Assembly (NCBI GenBank): GCA_010015585.1
Contig: ML975154.1
DNA length: 64,000 nt
Origin: Eremomyces bilateralis CBS 781.70
Lineage: Eukaryota
Reading direction: 5' to 3' (one strand)
Part shown: positions 61,229-64,000 of the stretch, in pieces
Position numbering within the stretch: position 1 is the stretch's first letter
How the letters are laid out: the number at the start of each line of letters is the position of its first letter
Notes under the pieces: generated by a model
The model's input: only the letters and a program-made list of their open reading frames with translations
Databases searched by the model: none
What the model was told of the DNA's origin: nothing
Made by a program: the position numbers and the translations under genes

Positions 61229-63184
61229 TGCGCATTACGAACTCTCGGTGTACAGGATTTGATAATTGGATTCGCACTAATATCTATCCTCCATATTCCA
61301 TGTCATTGAAGCGAGCGGGAATATCTGTCCACTGTCCATATACTGCTCCAGAAGATCCTCAAACACTTCCTGGAGCCGCAACTGGTTGACTGATGCCACG
61401 GCGGTAATCTGGTACGGCTAAGCGCCACCCCTCCATTTCCTGCCAGTCAATTCCAACGTGCGCGCCTCGTGGCCGACCCAATTGCTGGTTCCGAACCATC
61501 CGATTGCCGCATGATAAACTCCTATTGATGTCCTGGATACCATTGTAATATCCGGACAATCCAACCGACCACGGGGCACAACAAGTTGAGCCAGCAAGTG
61601 CCCAACGATAGAATGATAAATGAGAATATGAGGCAATGGATGAGACAAACACCAATCATCTCGTGTATCACCTTGCGCCTTCCCTGGCGCTTCCACCCTG
61701 GCACGGTTCACCTCCCTTTAGCTCTTTTGGGTAGGCATGTCCCTGCGATACCCTTATAACGACCCCGGCCCTTGGCTCTTCCCGGAGCTAATACCCCGGT
61801 CGATCGATGAGAATCACGGATCCTCGGGCTGGGATTGGCTGGAGGGCCGTGCCTGTAGCCGCCCACCATGCATGGACTCCACATGCACCCAGATTCCCCT
61901 CCCCAACCCCATGTCTTGCACTGATTGACTGATTTCACAGTGAGCTTCTCGTCCACACCATGAACCCGGTGGGAGGAGGGCGGCAGACTCTGGTGATGTC
62001 TCTTGCTCGAATGTCAGTGGAACCACTTATCACATCACCCAAGAGGTTCCTTTCGAGCTATCGTCAACTAACTTCATGCTTCTATCCGACTTGGTCCGCT
62101 TCGATATCCTGCTATCGTAAAGATTGATACGAGTCTCCCCCGCTCGTCCACTTCCCACTGGTAGAGAATCGCATGAAATACCTCCTCCTACCCGCCACTC
62201 CCTCACACCACAATCCGCGACACCTCGAGTTGCAGATTCGTATTTCTGCCTCTTTCACTGCCTCACCTCTGAACCTCCTGTCAGCGAACATTCCCCACCG
62301 AGAAGACATCGCCTCCATTGAATCCATCCCGCAATTAGCCATCGACTCGCCACGATGTCCGCCGCATAACCGCCGCTTGACTGCTAATTTCGGAGCGAAG
62401 TAAGAGAAGGAAATCGAAGTCAAGCGACCTCAAACGCGACCTCAAACGGCGTCGACCAATTTCTCCTCGCCTATTACTCACGTCGCTACTACCATTCCTC
62501 CCCGTGGACGCCTTGATACTTCCGCCTCCTCGTCGATCCTTCGCCTCTCTTAAAATTAGTCTTCGATCCCATTCCAGATCCCTATATACGGCAAGGAAGC
62601 GACAGAAACCACGCTTTGACAGCGCCCCTTAGACCGACCATTTCTTCGTTCCCATCTCCACCCGTAACGCACTTCCGACACCCACCGCCGCTAACCACCT
62701 CGCCCACGAACCCATCCAATTTTCCTCGAACACGCCGTATCCCCACCCGGCACAGATCGCTCCCCACGGCAAGGTTCGATCACGCCCACAAATCCTGAAC
62801 TCGGCACCCCGCACCGTTCCAGCGCGGACGGCGATGGAGTCTGGGTGCTAGTGCCCAGGCTGGACGATGCAATTCGGGGTTTACATATACCAGGCTCTAC
62901 CCGTGTGCGCTTGTGCTTAGTTCTCCGCTCTTCGTACTTTCGTTGAGCGTTGACCGTGCAGCGTGGAACTGCCCTGGTGGAGTGAAGCCCTTCTTTCTTG
63001 CATCTCGCTTTTCGCTGTTGCGGCCGGGTCCGATCTTTGGGTGATATCTTGCTCTCCTGCTCATCATCGGTTGGCTGCGTCACTCGTTGGAGGAAGCTAG
63101 CATCTCGAGATATATCACACCCGAACCAACCTCTCCCAATCGGCATACGAGCCTACCTAATCATCAACTGATATTCAAACCATC

Positions 63185-63729
63185 ATGGGTCGCCTAATAA
63201 AGAATCACTGGGCCCGCCTCATCGTCCTCACAGCCGCAGCCTGTAAGCTCCCCCATCCCCCTCCAATCCACCCACTAACCCCCCAGACCAACTCGCCGCC
63301 GCCCTCGAAGCCTTCTTCTGGCCCAAAATCTTCTGGGACTTCCTCTCCCACAACCTTGACCGCGCCGTCACCCCGATCCCCTTCCTGCAGGTCATCAACC
63401 TCATCTTCGCCGTCTCCGCCCTCGCCCTCGAGTGGCCGCTGAAGTACATCGCCGGGACGTCGCTCCATCGGAGCATCGAGCTGAGGTTGATTATAATCCC
63501 GCTGTATGCCTTGGCGTCGATCTTGTTGTACCAGGGGACAAATCCCGCGATCTACTATATCATCGCTGAGGGTATCTATTTCTGGGGTTTCTCGGAAGGA
63601 GAGGTGAGTCGCCGTCGACTGGTTTAGCTTTCGAGAACTCGGCTGATTCGATGATAGACTATTTGCGAACGACCGTGGACATTACCAGTCCGCGTGCGAC
63701 GATCGGAACTAGGCGGTTCAAAGGTATAA
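63185..63729 (+). CDS. noxD: NoxD/Pro41/HAM-6 (fungal p22phox-like membrane subunit), 3 exons
   Basis: MGRLIKNHWARLIVLTAA, FFWPKIFWDF, LEWPL, LLYQGTNPAIYY, SEGE-intron-TICERPWTLP; introns 63243-63286 and 63604-63657. Confidence 0.92.
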
Positions 63730-64000
63730 CCCTTGCGGTTACCTTTCCAGTTTCTGTTTCTGTGCATATCCGTCCAACCGTCCGTAAATACTCTCTGGAC
63801 GACGGTGACGATGATGGCGCGTGGGTTGTGAAAGGTCGGGGAACTTTGCATAGCGTGGCGCATGGCCTTTGGGGGCCTTTTTACACCATGCCTCTCAAGC
63901 GTCGGGCAATATATTGTGTTATTTCGGACTGCGAGCGAATATCTTGTTGATGGAAGTTTGTTGTAGAGTAATGACGGCTCGAGCCCATGTGGCTCGATAT

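Noticed and set aside
59385..63146. ORFs of 100-194 aa between noxA and noxD
   Set aside because: No codon bias, motifs or coherent splice structure; treated as non-coding.
1..64000. tRNA, rRNA, CRISPR arrays or a secondary-metabolite cluster
   Set aside because: None recognised by eye; the DNA is eukaryotic and has no PKS, NRPS or terpene backbone gene. A covariance-model scan was not possible.

Overview
Gene-dense window from a filamentous ascomycete (Pezizomycotina; short GT-AG introns with CTAAC/CTGAC-type branch points). About 19 protein-coding genes can be built by hand: PDR-type ABC transporter, Argonaute with an intact DEDD tetrad, GH81 glucanase, UTP14, mitochondrial ribosomal protein mL41, COQ3, V-ATPase subunit a, a CM1 (centrosomin-motif) protein, ERG27, a 69-aa spliced Cys/His microprotein, glycerol kinase, a DUF3429 protein, MDP-1 phosphatase, GH31 alpha-glucosidase, a CE4 deacetylase, an Mpp6-like zinc-knuckle protein, Opi1, and a head-to-head NoxA/NoxD(Pro41) pair. 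An accessory-looking island at about 47.0-52.1 kb holds a 5'-truncated LINE with a 15-bp target-site duplication, a 58-bp-stem hairpin, degenerate direct repeats around the deacetylase, and an HNH endonuclease pseudogene. The main oddities are an apparent in-frame deletion in the NoxA FAD-binding domain, the LINE/hairpin/deacetylase island, the isolated microprotein, and a recurring C-rich to G-rich switch at gene 3' ends. Family calls rest on motif recognition, not database searches. Nothing here proves a new system; the findings are candidates to test.
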